From Parcubacteria group bacterium (GTDB lineage: Bacteria; Patescibacteriota; Minisyncoccia; Moranbacterales; UBA11712): 64,000 nucleotides of DNA. Below, one piece after another: positions 19,364 through 28,736 of this stretch; positions within the stretch are counted from its first letter, which is position 1; the number at the start of each line of letters is the position of its first letter. Below the pieces are notes generated by a model. The model was given only the letters and a program-made list of their open reading frames with translations, was not told the DNA's origin and made no database searches. The stretch is from the NCBI GenBank assembly GCA_041659065.1, contig JBAZYY010000005.1, positions 974-64,973 on the forward strand, given 5' to 3'. The position numbers and the translations under genes were made by a program.

Positions 19364-20002
19364 ATGAATTCCTCCATTTCCAACATTATGCCTTGGAAAC
19401 TCGACGAGCTCGTCAACAATTTGATGAACCAAGTGGGCGTAAATAATCCGACGCAAGGCGTAGAGCTTTTCAATTCCGGAGCGTGGCAAGCCTGCAAAGT
19501 TCTCCCCCGCTGGAAAGAACGTGAGGGTATATTCTATTTCTCTGTAGCTTCAGATAGAACCAGCGGCAGACAATGGATCAAGCGGTTGGAGAAAAATGGT
19601 CTTAAGATCTACGAAAAAGCGAAAGAAATACTTTGCTCTCCCGGCTTCAAAGCCACCGGCGGCATTGAATATGGCATTGCCGTGATCAAACCCTCGCTGA
19701 TTCGTGAATATGGATGTACAATCAAGGATCTTCTCGTTGAGATGAATCATCGATTCCTAAAACGGCCGGGTGTCGAAATTGCATGCCTTATTCGCGAATA
19801 CCTATCCGACAAAGAGATTGGGGAGATGGGCTTGGACTCAATCGTCACTCTGCATGAGCCAGTCGATGGGATCTTACTCGGAATTACCTTGGGACATTGG
19901 CGGTTATCAAGTTATGGCTATGATCTCGATTTCTGTTACTGGGATCTCAAAACCGCATTTGCCTTTATCGTTTGGGAAGCAATTCTGGGAGAAATAGAAT
20001 AA
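19364..20002 (+). CDS. Hypothetical protein
   Basis: 212-aa ORF with promoter, SD AAGGAG and downstream terminator. Confidence 0.75.
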   Translation: MNSSISNIMPWKLDELVNNLMNQVGVNNPTQGVELFNSGAWQACKVLPRWKEREGIFYFSVASDRTSGRQWIKRLEKNGLKIYEKAKEILCSPGFKATGGIEYGIAVIKPSLIREYGCTIKDLLVEMNHRFLKRPGVEIACLIREYLSDKEIGEMGLDSIVTLHEPVDGILLGITLGHWRLSSYGYDLDFCYWDLKTAFAFIVWEAILGEIE

Positions 20003-20030
20003 CTTTCCAAGCTTCCGATGTTCAAAAAAT

Positions 20031-20068
20031 AAAACGACCTTGGGAAATCCCTAGGCCGTTTTTCTTTT
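20031..20068. terminator. Probable bidirectional terminator
   Basis: AAAACGACCTTGGG-AAAT-CCCTAGGCCGTTTT hairpin between convergent genes. Confidence 0.65.
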
Positions 20069-20084
20069 GTGAAAAATATAATTT

Positions 20085-20981
20085 TCACACATCCATCCCC
20101 CTGAGGCGTTTCACACGCTCGGCAATCGGCGGATGGGTCTGAAAAAGATTGGAAACTTTTTTTCCTTTGAAGGGATTGGCGATGAAAAGATGGGCTGTGG
20201 CTTCGTTGGCATGCCGCATCGGCGTCGGATCAGCCGATATTTTTTCAAGCGCGCTGGCCAAGCCTTCGGGATATCTTGTGAGGAGCGCTCCATCCGCATC
20301 AGCCAAATATTCACGCTTGCGCGAGATTGCCAGCTGGATAAGCATGGCGGCAATAGGAGCAAGAATTGACAATACTATTCCTGCGATCAGCAGTATCATG
20401 CCTAGCTGTCCCTCTTCCCGATCATTCGATCTCCTTCCTCCCCCGAAAAAACTCCATTGGCGAAAAAATCCCGCCAGAAGCGCCACGAAACCGACCAAAA
20501 CAACAATGACTGTCGAGAGGAGAATATCCCGATTCCCGACATGAGACAGCTCATGCGCAATAACCCCTTCAAGCTCCGGCTTGTCGAGTTTTTCAATGAT
20601 TCCTGTTGTAAGACAAATTACCGCGTGCTTCGGATCGCGTCCGGTCGCGAAAGCATTTGGAGAAAAATCTTGGATGATATAAATCTTGGGAACGGGAAGA
20701 CCAGCCGTGATGCAGAGATTCTCGACTATGTGATAAATTTCTTTCGCGTTCTCGTGCGTCACTTCCTTGGCCCCGCTCATTGCAAGCACAATTTTATCAC
20801 TCCACCAGTAAGAGGCAAAGCTCATCCCCACGCTGAAAATCACAGCTACAACCAAAATTAAGGAGTTGCTCATGGCGCCCGCGAATACATAACCGACTCC
20901 AATCACGAATAGCAAAAAGCCCGTGATATAAACCCAGGTAAGACGAGTATTTTTATCAGCTTGGTTGTAGATCGTTACCAT
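20085..20981 (-). CDS. htpX: Zinc metalloprotease HtpX (M48)
   Basis: PNAFATGRDP, GVIAHELSH, ISRKREYLAD, THPP; ATG at 20981. Confidence 0.95.
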   Translation of the reverse strand: MVTIYNQADKNTRLTWVYITGFLLFVIGVGYVFAGAMSNSLILVVAVIFSVGMSFASYWWSDKIVLAMSGAKEVTHENAKEIYHIVENLCITAGLPVPKIYIIQDFSPNAFATGRDPKHAVICLTTGIIEKLDKPELEGVIAHELSHVGNRDILLSTVIVVLVGFVALLAGFFRQWSFFGGGRRSNDREEGQLGMILLIAGIVLSILAPIAAMLIQLAISRKREYLADADGALLTRYPEGLASALEKISADPTPMRHANEATAHLFIANPFKGKKVSNLFQTHPPIAERVKRLRGMDV

Positions 20982-20987
20982 AAATTT

Positions 20988-21099
20988 AAATCCAAAACCC
21001 AAAGTTCAAATATCAAATCAAGTTCAAAGCCCAAAATCCAAACTTTGACATTTGGATTTTGGATTTTATTTGTCTTTTAGATCTTGATATTTGGATTTT
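20988..21099. repeat. Inverted pair of degenerate heptamer arrays (intergenic lemA-htpX)
   Basis: AAATCCA/AAGTTCA-type units (4 + 4-nt gap + 3) mirrored by TTTGGAT-type units. Confidence 0.8.
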
Positions 21100-21102
21100 C
21101 CG

Positions 21103-21651
21103 CTAGAATTCCACTTTAACAGGTTCTTTCTCTCCGCCTTCTGCCTCGAAAAACTCACGGGCAGTGAATCCCAACATACCGGCGAAAACGTTATTGGGGA
21201 AGACTTGAATTTTAGTATTAAAGTCGCGCACATTTCCATTGTAAAAGCGGCGCGATGCCTGAATCTTGTCCTCCGTGTCAGTGAGTTCGCGTTGCAGCTC
21301 CAAGAAGTTCTGGTTGGCTTTGAGGTCAGGATATGCCTCCGCTACGGCAAACAAGCTTTTAAGTGTTTGCGAAAGCGCGTTTTCAGCCTGAGCCTTATCG
21401 GCAGCCGACTGCGCTCCCATCGCCCTCGTTCTGGCTTCGGTTACTTTCTCAAAAACTTCTTTTTCGTGCGAGGCGTAGCCTTTGACCGTATTCACTAAGT
21501 TCGGGATAAGGTCATATCTTCTTTTCAGCTGGACATCAATATCGGACCAAGCTTCATCCACTCTGTTTTTAAGCCGGACTAGACCGTTGTAAATCGCAAT
21601 CAGCCAAACGACAGCGATCACGACTACAGCCAAAATTATTAGCGATACCAT
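21103..21651 (-). CDS. lemA: LemA family protein
   Basis: YNGLV..AWSDIDVQLKRRYDLIPNLV, AEAYPDLKAN, SRRFYN. Confidence 0.96.
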   Translation of the reverse strand: MVSLIILAVVVIAVVWLIAIYNGLVRLKNRVDEAWSDIDVQLKRRYDLIPNLVNTVKGYASHEKEVFEKVTEARTRAMGAQSAADKAQAENALSQTLKSLFAVAEAYPDLKANQNFLELQRELTDTEDKIQASRRFYNGNVRDFNTKIQVFPNNVFAGMLGFTAREFFEAEGGEKEPVKVEF

Positions 21652-21693
21652 ATTATTTTATTAATGCTTAAAAGCCTAAAACTGACTCACTTG

Positions 21694-22902
21694 CTACTCC
21701 TGAACCGCTGATTCGATAATTACTCTAGAAAGCGAGATGTTTTCTCTAATCTTATTGTTTATGCTGCCAATGTAGCTGTCGACCGAGGGTTCAATCAGTG
21801 CCACGCCAGAAACCCCATTTGTGGCCGCGCCAGCAACGACAGAATATAATGCACCCGCTCCTCGGCCAACCCGGCTATCGCTCGCGCCAGCTACCCGCCC
21901 CGCGTCAGTTGCGGCTGTTTCTCGAAGGTCTTTTTGAAATATTAATCCTCCCGAGAGTACCACTAATAGTAGCAAAACCACGAAAGAAATAGCAAGTTTT
22001 GAGAAAAGGGACTGCCAAACCATGTCTGCCGCTTCCTGTAAGCCAAAGTTGGGAGAATGGAAATGAGAGTCTTTCTTAACCTGACTTTTAGGCGCTCCTT
22101 TACTATCGTAGTACTGGCTGCTGAAGGATAATGTTTCCTTTTCCCTGCGAACGGCCGGGGCAAGAATAGCCTGACGCGTTTTTTCTGCCCGTCTTTCCCC
22201 TTGCACTGTTTTCACTGAAATATTTTTTTCACCGGATGAGATCATTTTTCTCAAATCGATTACCTCTCCGTGCGCTTTTTTCTGTCTGCTATTTGGCAAA
22301 ATCTGTTTTTCATATCGAGCTTTTTCGTAAACCTGCGTTGGTGCTTGAAATTCAACTATTCTCTCTTCTTGAAAAACTTTATCTTCGACTACCGGCGAAA
22401 TAACTTCTCTTTTTGTTTCCGGCTTGGCTTCCTCCGGAACATATTTGCTGAGCACTGCTTCTGCATGCAGGGTCTGCGCTTCTTTCCTGGGCTGAAAAAA
22501 TTCCTCTCTCGCGGGAACAGCCTCCTTTTCAAAAAATGATTCTTTGACCTTAAGTTTTTCCTCTTCCAAATCCAAAACAGTTTCCTCTTTTGCCTCCGAG
22601 ATTTTCACAGATGAAACCCTGGCTTCGGAAGGCGTGCCAATCTTTTCTATCAATTTTTCAACCGGTTTATCGATTTTTTCAATTTGAGAAAATTTCATGG
22701 GATTGGCAATTTCTTCTTTTCGACGCGCTGTTTCTTCTATAAATTCATCCATCCATTGCGCCGTCGTGTACCAACGCTTTCCGATCCTGATTGACCCAAG
22801 ATCTCCGCGCCGCGCCAAAAGGCTTAGATACTCTTGAGCATACTTCCTCTCCTTTGCTATTTTTGACAACAGAATATATTTCTGTTTTTCCTGGCTATTC
22901 AT
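21694..22902 (-). CDS. Hypothetical protein: N-terminal HTH-like domain, disordered linker, C-terminal TM segment
   Basis: YAQEYLSLLARRGDLGSIRIGKRWYTT (excisionase-like wHTH); hydrophobic LAISFVVLLLLVVLSGGLIF. Confidence 0.7.
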   Translation of the reverse strand: MNSQEKQKYILLSKIAKERKYAQEYLSLLARRGDLGSIRIGKRWYTTAQWMDEFIEETARRKEEIANPMKFSQIEKIDKPVEKLIEKIGTPSEARVSSVKISEAKEETVLDLEEEKLKVKESFFEKEAVPAREEFFQPRKEAQTLHAEAVLSKYVPEEAKPETKREVISPVVEDKVFQEERIVEFQAPTQVYEKARYEKQILPNSRQKKAHGEVIDLRKMISSGEKNISVKTVQGERRAEKTRQAILAPAVRREKETLSFSSQYYDSKGAPKSQVKKDSHFHSPNFGLQEAADMVWQSLFSKLAISFVVLLLLVVLSGGLIFQKDLRETAATDAGRVAGASDSRVGRGAGALYSVVAGAATNGVSGVALIEPSVDSYIGSINNKIRENISLSRVIIESAVQE

Positions 22903-23109
22903 GCCTCTGCGCAATTAATAAATTTATTTCTGAAACTTGACTGGAGTTCTCTTTGGGCAATTGAGCGCCCCGCAAGCTAACGGATATATTGTACAATAAA
23001 ATTAAAACTTGCACCAACCCGATATTGTGGATATTCATGCCTGATATTCATATATTATGGAAGAGGTTGAGCTATTCAACATTTTCTTAAAATAGTGTAG
23101 AATATAAGC

Positions 23110-23550
23110 ATGAATGTTTTAGAAAACTACTACATAGTCGCACTTCCTGTCATCGTCGGGCTTACAGCCCAAGCAATAAAGTTTATTCTTTTCGCGATGA
23201 AGCATGGCTGGAAGTTTGAGTATTTTTTTACGCATGGGCATATGCCCAGCGCCCATACGGCTTTTGTAATAGCCGCTATCACATCGATTGGATATTACTC
23301 CGGCACTAATTCTCCCGCATTCGCACTCGCAGTCGTTTTCGCAATCCTCATTATAGATGATGCTTTGCGGCTCCGGATGTATCTCGGCGATCAAGGCCGA
23401 TATTTAAACATGCTGATTAATCAGCTGCCTATAGATAAAAAACAATTCCCTCGGCTTAAGGAGAGAATCGGTCATCGTTTGAGTGAAGTAATTGTCGGGG
23501 GAATCTTTGGTTTCGTTCTCACCCTAGCTCTCGCAAAACTTCTCGGATAA
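23110..23550 (+). CDS. Divergent PAP2 family protein (DUF212)
   Basis: AQAIK..GHMPSAHTA..DDALRLR..LKERIGH..EVIVG. Confidence 0.88.
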   Translation: MNVLENYYIVALPVIVGLTAQAIKFILFAMKHGWKFEYFFTHGHMPSAHTAFVIAAITSIGYYSGTNSPAFALAVVFAILIIDDALRLRMYLGDQGRYLNMLINQLPIDKKQFPRLKERIGHRLSEVIVGGIFGFVLTLALAKLLG

Positions 23551-24832
23551 CTTTCGGGTCATTCCAAGGAATCCTTTTCGCACCGATAACCATTATTTCC
23601 TCTGCGCCTTTCCCGGTTATGACTACGATGCCTCCCGGCTCCGCTAACTCGAGAGCTTTTTTTATAGCTTCGCGCCGATCCATAATCCGCCAAGCGTCCT
23701 TGAATTCCTCTTTTTTACCAAGTACTCCTTCGAAGACCTCGTCGATAATTTGCTGAGGGTCTTCATTGTAGGGATCTTCATTGGTCACTATGCATAAATC
23801 AGCATAGCTTGCGACAATTTCTCCCATGATAGGGCGCTTACCGCGATCGCGCTCTCCGCAGGAGCCAAAGACAGCAATGATTTTGGAGCCGCTACTTTTT
23901 AGTTTGCTTACATAGCTATATAATTTTTCAAGAGAATCAGGCGTTAAGGCGTAATCTACGATTACCTCAATGCCATGATCGTTCTCGATATGCTCCATCC
24001 GCCCTGGCACGCCCTTTATTTTCGAAAGCGCATTCGAAATCTTCCCAAGGCTTATGTCTTGGGATAGCCCGGCACAAATTGCCGCGAGAGCATTTTCTAT
24101 ATTAAATTCTCCAGGTAAATTTATTGAGAATTGAGAATTGAGAATTGAGAATTGAGAATGTTTGATACCTAATTTTATATTTTCAGCGATAATAGTTTTA
24201 AATTTTAAGCTGTCACTTTGAACTTTGAACTTTGAACTTTGAACTTTTATCCCATATCCATATTTCTTTTTAAAATCATAATTCAAGAAGTTATCTGCCT
24301 TCTCCATCTGCAGATTTACAACTCCTACGCTATTTTTATTTTTTACAGCCATCCTAAACAGCTTTTCTTTGGCCTGGGCATAAATATCAATGGTATTGTG
24401 ATAGTCGAGGTGCTCGCGAGTCACGTTAGTAATAACCGCGACCAGAAAATTAACACCCCACACCCGGTTTTGATCAAGCGAATGCGAGGAAACCTCAAGT
24501 ACTGCGTATTCACATTTGGCTGCAACGGCCTGGTGCAAGAATTTTTGGAGCGCGAAGCTAGAAAGAGTCGTGAATTTGCTTTTGTTCACCCACTCCTTTT
24601 CGCCCAGCTTGAAATTGATCGTCGAAGCAACAGCGATCTTATGTCCAGCTTCCTCCAAAACTTTCGCGATCATCTGAACTGTCGTCGTCTTTCCGTTCGT
24701 CCCTGTCACTCCGATTACCTTGAGACGCCGCGACGGAAAACAGTATCGGACATTCGCCAAGATGGCTTGGAAAAGATGATATATATTTTTAGCGAATTGG
24801 GGAATAAGTTTTTTTATCCAGTTAGAAATCAT
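23519..24832 (-). CDS. murE: Mur ligase, MurE-like
   Basis: GVTGTNGKTT, LEVSSHSL, TNVTREHLDYH, VPGRME, GERDRGKRP, TNEDPY, ITGKG. Confidence 0.9.
   Translation of the reverse strand: MISNWIKKLIPQFAKNIYHLFQAILANVRYCFPSRRLKVIGVTGTNGKTTTVQMIAKVLEEAGHKIAVASTINFKLGEKEWVNKSKFTTLSSFALQKFLHQAVAAKCEYAVLEVSSHSLDQNRVWGVNFLVAVITNVTREHLDYHNTIDIYAQAKEKLFRMAVKNKNSVGVVNLQMEKADNFLNYDFKKKYGYGIKVQSSKFKVQSDSLKFKTIIAENIKLGIKHSQFSILNSQFSINLPGEFNIENALAAICAGLSQDISLGKISNALSKIKGVPGRMEHIENDHGIEVIVDYALTPDSLEKLYSYVSKLKSSGSKIIAVFGSCGERDRGKRPIMGEIVASYADLCIVTNEDPYNEDPQQIIDEVFEGVLGKKEEFKDAWRIMDRREAIKKALELAEPGGIVVITGKGAEEIMVIGAKRIPWNDPKVIREVLRELG
24124..24249. repeat. Two heptamer arrays in frame within murE
   Basis: TTGAGAA x5 perfect (24124-24158); ACTTTGA x4 perfect plus one variant (24215-24249). 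Confidence 0.9.
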
Positions 24833-24913
24833 GATATTAAAAATTTCAATTATTCTTTAATTATAAAATGCTTTCTCTCGCCTTATCGTTCAAAAAATAA
24901 TTTCTAATAGGGT

Positions 24914-25957
24914 TTATAGGATTATTTTTTTAGCTTTCTGAATCGCTCTGTATAGATTGTATTTTACCGGATTTAAAATAATATCATAACTTCCTGGAAA
25001 TTCAATCGGTTTCGTCTCCGGCGCAAAACCGGTTTTGAATTTGGTGATCCCAGACCAAGAATTGTTCCTTGTTATGTGTTTCGTGCTGTGTGTCTTGACT
25101 CCGCCAAAGTCGTATCGCGCACATCCATCCTTATTTGCGTCGAGAATCTGCCGCCATTGCAAAAGATACGGCGCCATGACATTCCTATGGTCATTATCAG
25201 AAGCTCCGTGCATATATGTCGCAGTTTTCCCGAAAAACAGAACAAGGTTGGCCGCAATTATCTTTCCCTCATACTCTGCGATATATAGCTTTAAAATATC
25301 AGATGGGATAATCTCAAACATCCGGCGGTAATAATTTTCGGGGTGAGGCGTTATTTTATCCCTTTCCGCCGTGATTTTTACTAATTGACAAAATCCATCA
25401 ATATATTTTTTATCTCGAGAAGTAAAGACTTCAACATTCTTCTTCTCAGCTAATCTAATGTTATAGCGAGTTTTCTGCTTCATCTGTCTTAGCAGCTCAT
25501 CTTTGCTTTTTGAAATATCCAAAACTAAAATTTCCCTAGGCTGCATGTCCACTGCTGATTTTTTCATTTTCAGACTCCCCGGTAAATTCTCTTTAACAGC
25601 TTGCAAAATATCCTCGCTCGCTGGATCAATTCTCACCCATCCAATATTATTTTTTTTAGACAGATCAAGTAAATCAGGAAAAAAAGTTTTGAATTTTTCG
25701 CTGTAGTTTTTCGCTTTTCGCTTTTCGCTTTTCGCTTCAAAAACCGGTCCGCGCGGAATATAAAAATATTTTCCCACTATCGGCAATTTATGCTCAACTA
25801 TATTTGCGAAAGCAATCAGCCCTTCACTACCATCGCTAGCTGAAATATTATAAGTTTCTCGCCCAACGCTTTCCTGAAATTTTCGCCAATACTCCGACTG
25901 CAAAAAGCCCCCATCGGGGGAATTGAATTGAATAAAATTTCTCATATTATCTTCCAT
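24914..25957 (-). CDS. FemAB/MurM-family peptidoglycan bridge aminoacyltransferase
   Basis: FLQSEYW, YIPRGP, KTRYNIRLAEKK, PYLLQW, YDFGG, FKTGF. Confidence 0.92.
   Translation of the reverse strand: MEDNMRNFIQFNSPDGGFLQSEYWRKFQESVGRETYNISASDGSEGLIAFANIVEHKLPIVGKYFYIPRGPVFEAKSEKRKAKNYSEKFKTFFPDLLDLSKKNNIGWVRIDPASEDILQAVKENLPGSLKMKKSAVDMQPREILVLDISKSKDELLRQMKQKTRYNIRLAEKKNVEVFTSRDKKYIDGFCQLVKITAERDKITPHPENYYRRMFEIIPSDILKLYIAEYEGKIIAANLVLFFGKTATYMHGASDNDHRNVMAPYLLQWRQILDANKDGCARYDFGGVKTHSTKHITRNNSWSGITKFKTGFAPETKPIEFPGSYDIILNPVKYNLYRAIQKAKKIIL
25708..25735. repeat. Heptamer array in frame within the Fem-family gene (AKSEKRKAK)
   Basis: TTTTCGC x4 perfect; a second degenerate array at ~25071-25092 (THSTKHIT). 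Confidence 0.85.
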
Positions 25958-25999
25958 GGAATAATTCTTCTTTTGCTAAAACGACCAACAGTCCCGATA

Positions 26000-26374
26000 T
26001 TAGCCCATGCCACGAAGGAAAGACCAGGCTACGAGAAAAAGAACCAGGGGAATCAATCCGACTATTGCCAGCACCATTCCCGCATTTGCCTGATTTCGAT
26101 TCGAAGAATACATTCCAATCCAACTGCAGAAAAACGCTGCTATGGGAAATATGACCGCCGCGAAAAAAAGTGCGACCCTTCCTGTGTTCACTACCAGTAT
26201 GCGGAACAAATCTGCGTTATTTTGATCAATCCAGCCAGTGCCGGTTACGGATATTAAAAAGATAAGGCAGAACAATAAGAACTCTGCAATTACCAAATAA
26301 ATAGAGTAGAAAGCGCATCTTTCTCTAAGACCTACTTTTTCCGCCGCCCACTTGCGCCCCAAGATTATTTTCAT
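26000..26374 (-). CDS. Hypothetical membrane protein
   Basis: Three hydrophobic segments; co-oriented with neighbours. Confidence 0.6.
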   Translation of the reverse strand: MKIILGRKWAAEKVGLRERCAFYSIYLVIAEFLLFCLIFLISVTGTGWIDQNNADLFRILVVNTGRVALFFAAVIFPIAAFFCSWIGMYSSNRNQANAGMVLAIVGLIPLVLFLVAWSFLRGMG

Positions 26375-26413
26375 CCTTTGAATGAATCAATTTTTATTTA
26401 CGATTCAGATTTA

Positions 26414-27166
26414 TCAATAAGTCTGCTCCTTATATTTCCTGTATCTTCGCCAAAACCAGAATCCTAACCCTCCGACAAATAGTATTATCCCAAATACTGT
26501 GATTATTATCCAGCTTGCTGACTTCCCAGATAATTTTTGAGAATCGTTTTGCGCTGCGCTGGCTTTTTCCACCACAACTGGATCGAGTTTCGGCTCCTGA
26601 TTTTTGCAGTCCTGCGGACAATTTTCGCTGTCTTCAACTGGCCGTTCGCACTGATCGTTTTCATTGCAGGTGGCTTTCGAGGAAAGGTCAATCGTCAAAA
26701 CCTTTTTGCCATAAGAGTCAAAGATGTCGGCGTATTTCCCGTTGGGGAAATATGGCATTTGAACAATAATCTTTCCTTCCGGCAGCTCCTCGCATCCGCC
26801 GCTCATCTCACCTTCCTCGTCCGCAAAGTCACTGCAATATATAGGACTAAGATTATAATTCACAACAAAATATCCCAAGACTGTATTTTTAAATGAAACG
26901 ACTCTCCCATTAGCTGAATTTCCTTTCCAGTTTTTATAGTCGGTTTGATAAGCGAACTCTCCCGTAGTTATTTCAAGTCCTCTGACTTCATAATTTCCAT
27001 CTTTTTTATAAAGATTAGCGTTCAATGTTTTGGACGATATTTTATAGATCGAATTTTCACTTAATGGTTCCAACTGGCTGTTCGCCCAAGAGAAACTAAA
27101 CAGCAAACAAGCAACGCTTAAAAATATTTTAAAAATTATAGTTTTATATATTTTTTCTTTTTTCAT
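26414..27166 (-). CDS. Secreted, membrane-anchored protein with Cys-rich motif
   Basis: Signal peptide; CNENDQCE..ENCPQDC; C-terminal TM plus basic tail. Confidence 0.75.
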   Translation of the reverse strand: MKKEKIYKTIIFKIFLSVACLLFSFSWANSQLEPLSENSIYKISSKTLNANLYKKDGNYEVRGLEITTGEFAYQTDYKNWKGNSANGRVVSFKNTVLGYFVVNYNLSPIYCSDFADEEGEMSGGCEELPEGKIIVQMPYFPNGKYADIFDSYGKKVLTIDLSSKATCNENDQCERPVEDSENCPQDCKNQEPKLDPVVVEKASAAQNDSQKLSGKSASWIIITVFGIILFVGGLGFWFWRRYRKYKEQTY

Positions 27167-28719
27167 CTTTCTCCTTTGTTTTTTAGTAACTCGGAAATTT
27201 TTCCGCTCAAAATATTTCTGTAATCATCTTTATTTCCTCTATTTTCCTCGATCAGCTCCAAGAGGACTACGGCATGCATTTTTGCCCATTTAATTTGATA
27301 AGGTTGACTTTCATAATCAAGCCCGGATTCTAAATCTGCCGACGCTAACCCGGCTTCTTGTCGACATTTTTTGTCATGAATTCTCCAGGCCTTCAAAATT
27401 TCGTTGGTCAGATATTGTAGTCTCGCACCGTCATTCGTGAAATAATCATAGCGCCTTTGAACATCATCTGTGATTTTTCTGTAATCCAAACCGCGCCTCA
27501 CGGTATCTTTCGCATCAAAAAACGTCCCAAGATCATCAATTATGGTTCTTTCTCGGATATCTTGATATTCGGCTGAATTTTCAGGAGGCAAATCAGTATT
27601 TTTAACCGTAGGTGCTATCGATAAAACTCTTTTTCTCGTTTCTCTTTTACGAATAAGCCAGGGTATAGATATACTAATAATGATCGGGAGCAATGGGATA
27701 GGAATCAAAACTCTTCTAGATCGGCTTCCCTCATAATGTATCGTTATTTCAACCATTCTTTTGGACAGCAACATTTCTTCAAGCAGTCTCTTGCTGCTCC
27801 TGTCTTCGACGCTTTCCTCGTTGTATCTTTTTATCAAATTATAAATTTTTTCCATGTCATCGCTCCCGGGCATTTCAGCAGCCAATGTTTTCAGTTCGAA
27901 AAGCTCTATTTTTGAAAATTGGATCTCCTTCGCCTTAATCCGGGAGGCAGCTTCTTCGATTTTCTTAAGATCGACTCCGCTCCTCGCAAGCCATTCTTTT
28001 GAAAGGAAAAGGGCGGTTCGCCCTCGCATCAAAGCAAGATCCAGGTTTTCTCTGTCGATTTTTCCGGGTTTGATTGATTCGGGACTTGATCCTTCAGGTG
28101 AGGCCGTTCCGGTAATTTCAATGCTTTTTATTTCCAGACCTTCGGGCGCTTTTTCGCGAGAATTATTATAAACTTTTTTGTTCCAATCCCACCCGTAGAG
28201 AATTTCCGCAAATTTCTTCTTCAGGTCCCGATCGATATATCTTTCCATCGCCGGAAAATGGTCCGGATTCATCGGCTTGCCGGCTTTTCCATCGCCAGCG
28301 AAAAGACGAGCATATTCAAATGGAATCTGAAAGGTCATTTTACCGTCTTTTTTTTCAAGATATGAAAATTCCGTTTGCAGTATCGCAACGAGAGACCATA
28401 TATTAAATTTGGGATTGCCGTTTTCATCCACACCTTCAAAAAAAGTGCATCCTGCTTCCGGCCATTGGATTTCTCCCGACCGGAATTTTTCTGCAGTCTT
28501 AATATGCATATCGGACCAGTCTCTTTGCATTTGTGTTTCGGGATTATTTTTTCCCGAATTAGAAATTTTTTCCCGGTTTTCCGCTTTTGTGGAATTATCC
28601 ATTGGGAGAGAAAAAGCCAGCATCGCAAGACCAGTACTCATAGCCCGGTAGAGTTCTGGGAAATATTTTTTCTTTTCTTCGCCTTCTTTATTTTCCCCAG
28701 AACTTTCAATTTTTACCAT
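27163..28719 (-). CDS. Hypothetical protein with internal TM segment
   Basis: 518-aa ORF with 4-bp overlap to the next gene; ITGTASPEG is reminiscent of OmpA-like C-domains (weak). Confidence 0.7.
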   Translation of the reverse strand: MVKIESSGENKEGEEKKKYFPELYRAMSTGLAMLAFSLPMDNSTKAENREKISNSGKNNPETQMQRDWSDMHIKTAEKFRSGEIQWPEAGCTFFEGVDENGNPKFNIWSLVAILQTEFSYLEKKDGKMTFQIPFEYARLFAGDGKAGKPMNPDHFPAMERYIDRDLKKKFAEILYGWDWNKKVYNNSREKAPEGLEIKSIEITGTASPEGSSPESIKPGKIDRENLDLALMRGRTALFLSKEWLARSGVDLKKIEEAASRIKAKEIQFSKIELFELKTLAAEMPGSDDMEKIYNLIKRYNEESVEDRSSKRLLEEMLLSKRMVEITIHYEGSRSRRVLIPIPLLPIIISISIPWLIRKRETRKRVLSIAPTVKNTDLPPENSAEYQDIRERTIIDDLGTFFDAKDTVRRGLDYRKITDDVQRRYDYFTNDGARLQYLTNEILKAWRIHDKKCRQEAGLASADLESGLDYESQPYQIKWAKMHAVVLLELIEENRGNKDDYRNILSGKISELLKNKGER

Positions 28720-28736
28720 GACTTTTTTGCAAATAT

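Noticed and set aside
22930-22990. Known c-di-GMP or c-di-AMP riboswitch
   Set aside because: It lacks the GGCAAAC/GAAA/GCAAAGC and full ydaO consensus blocks; kept only as an unassigned candidate
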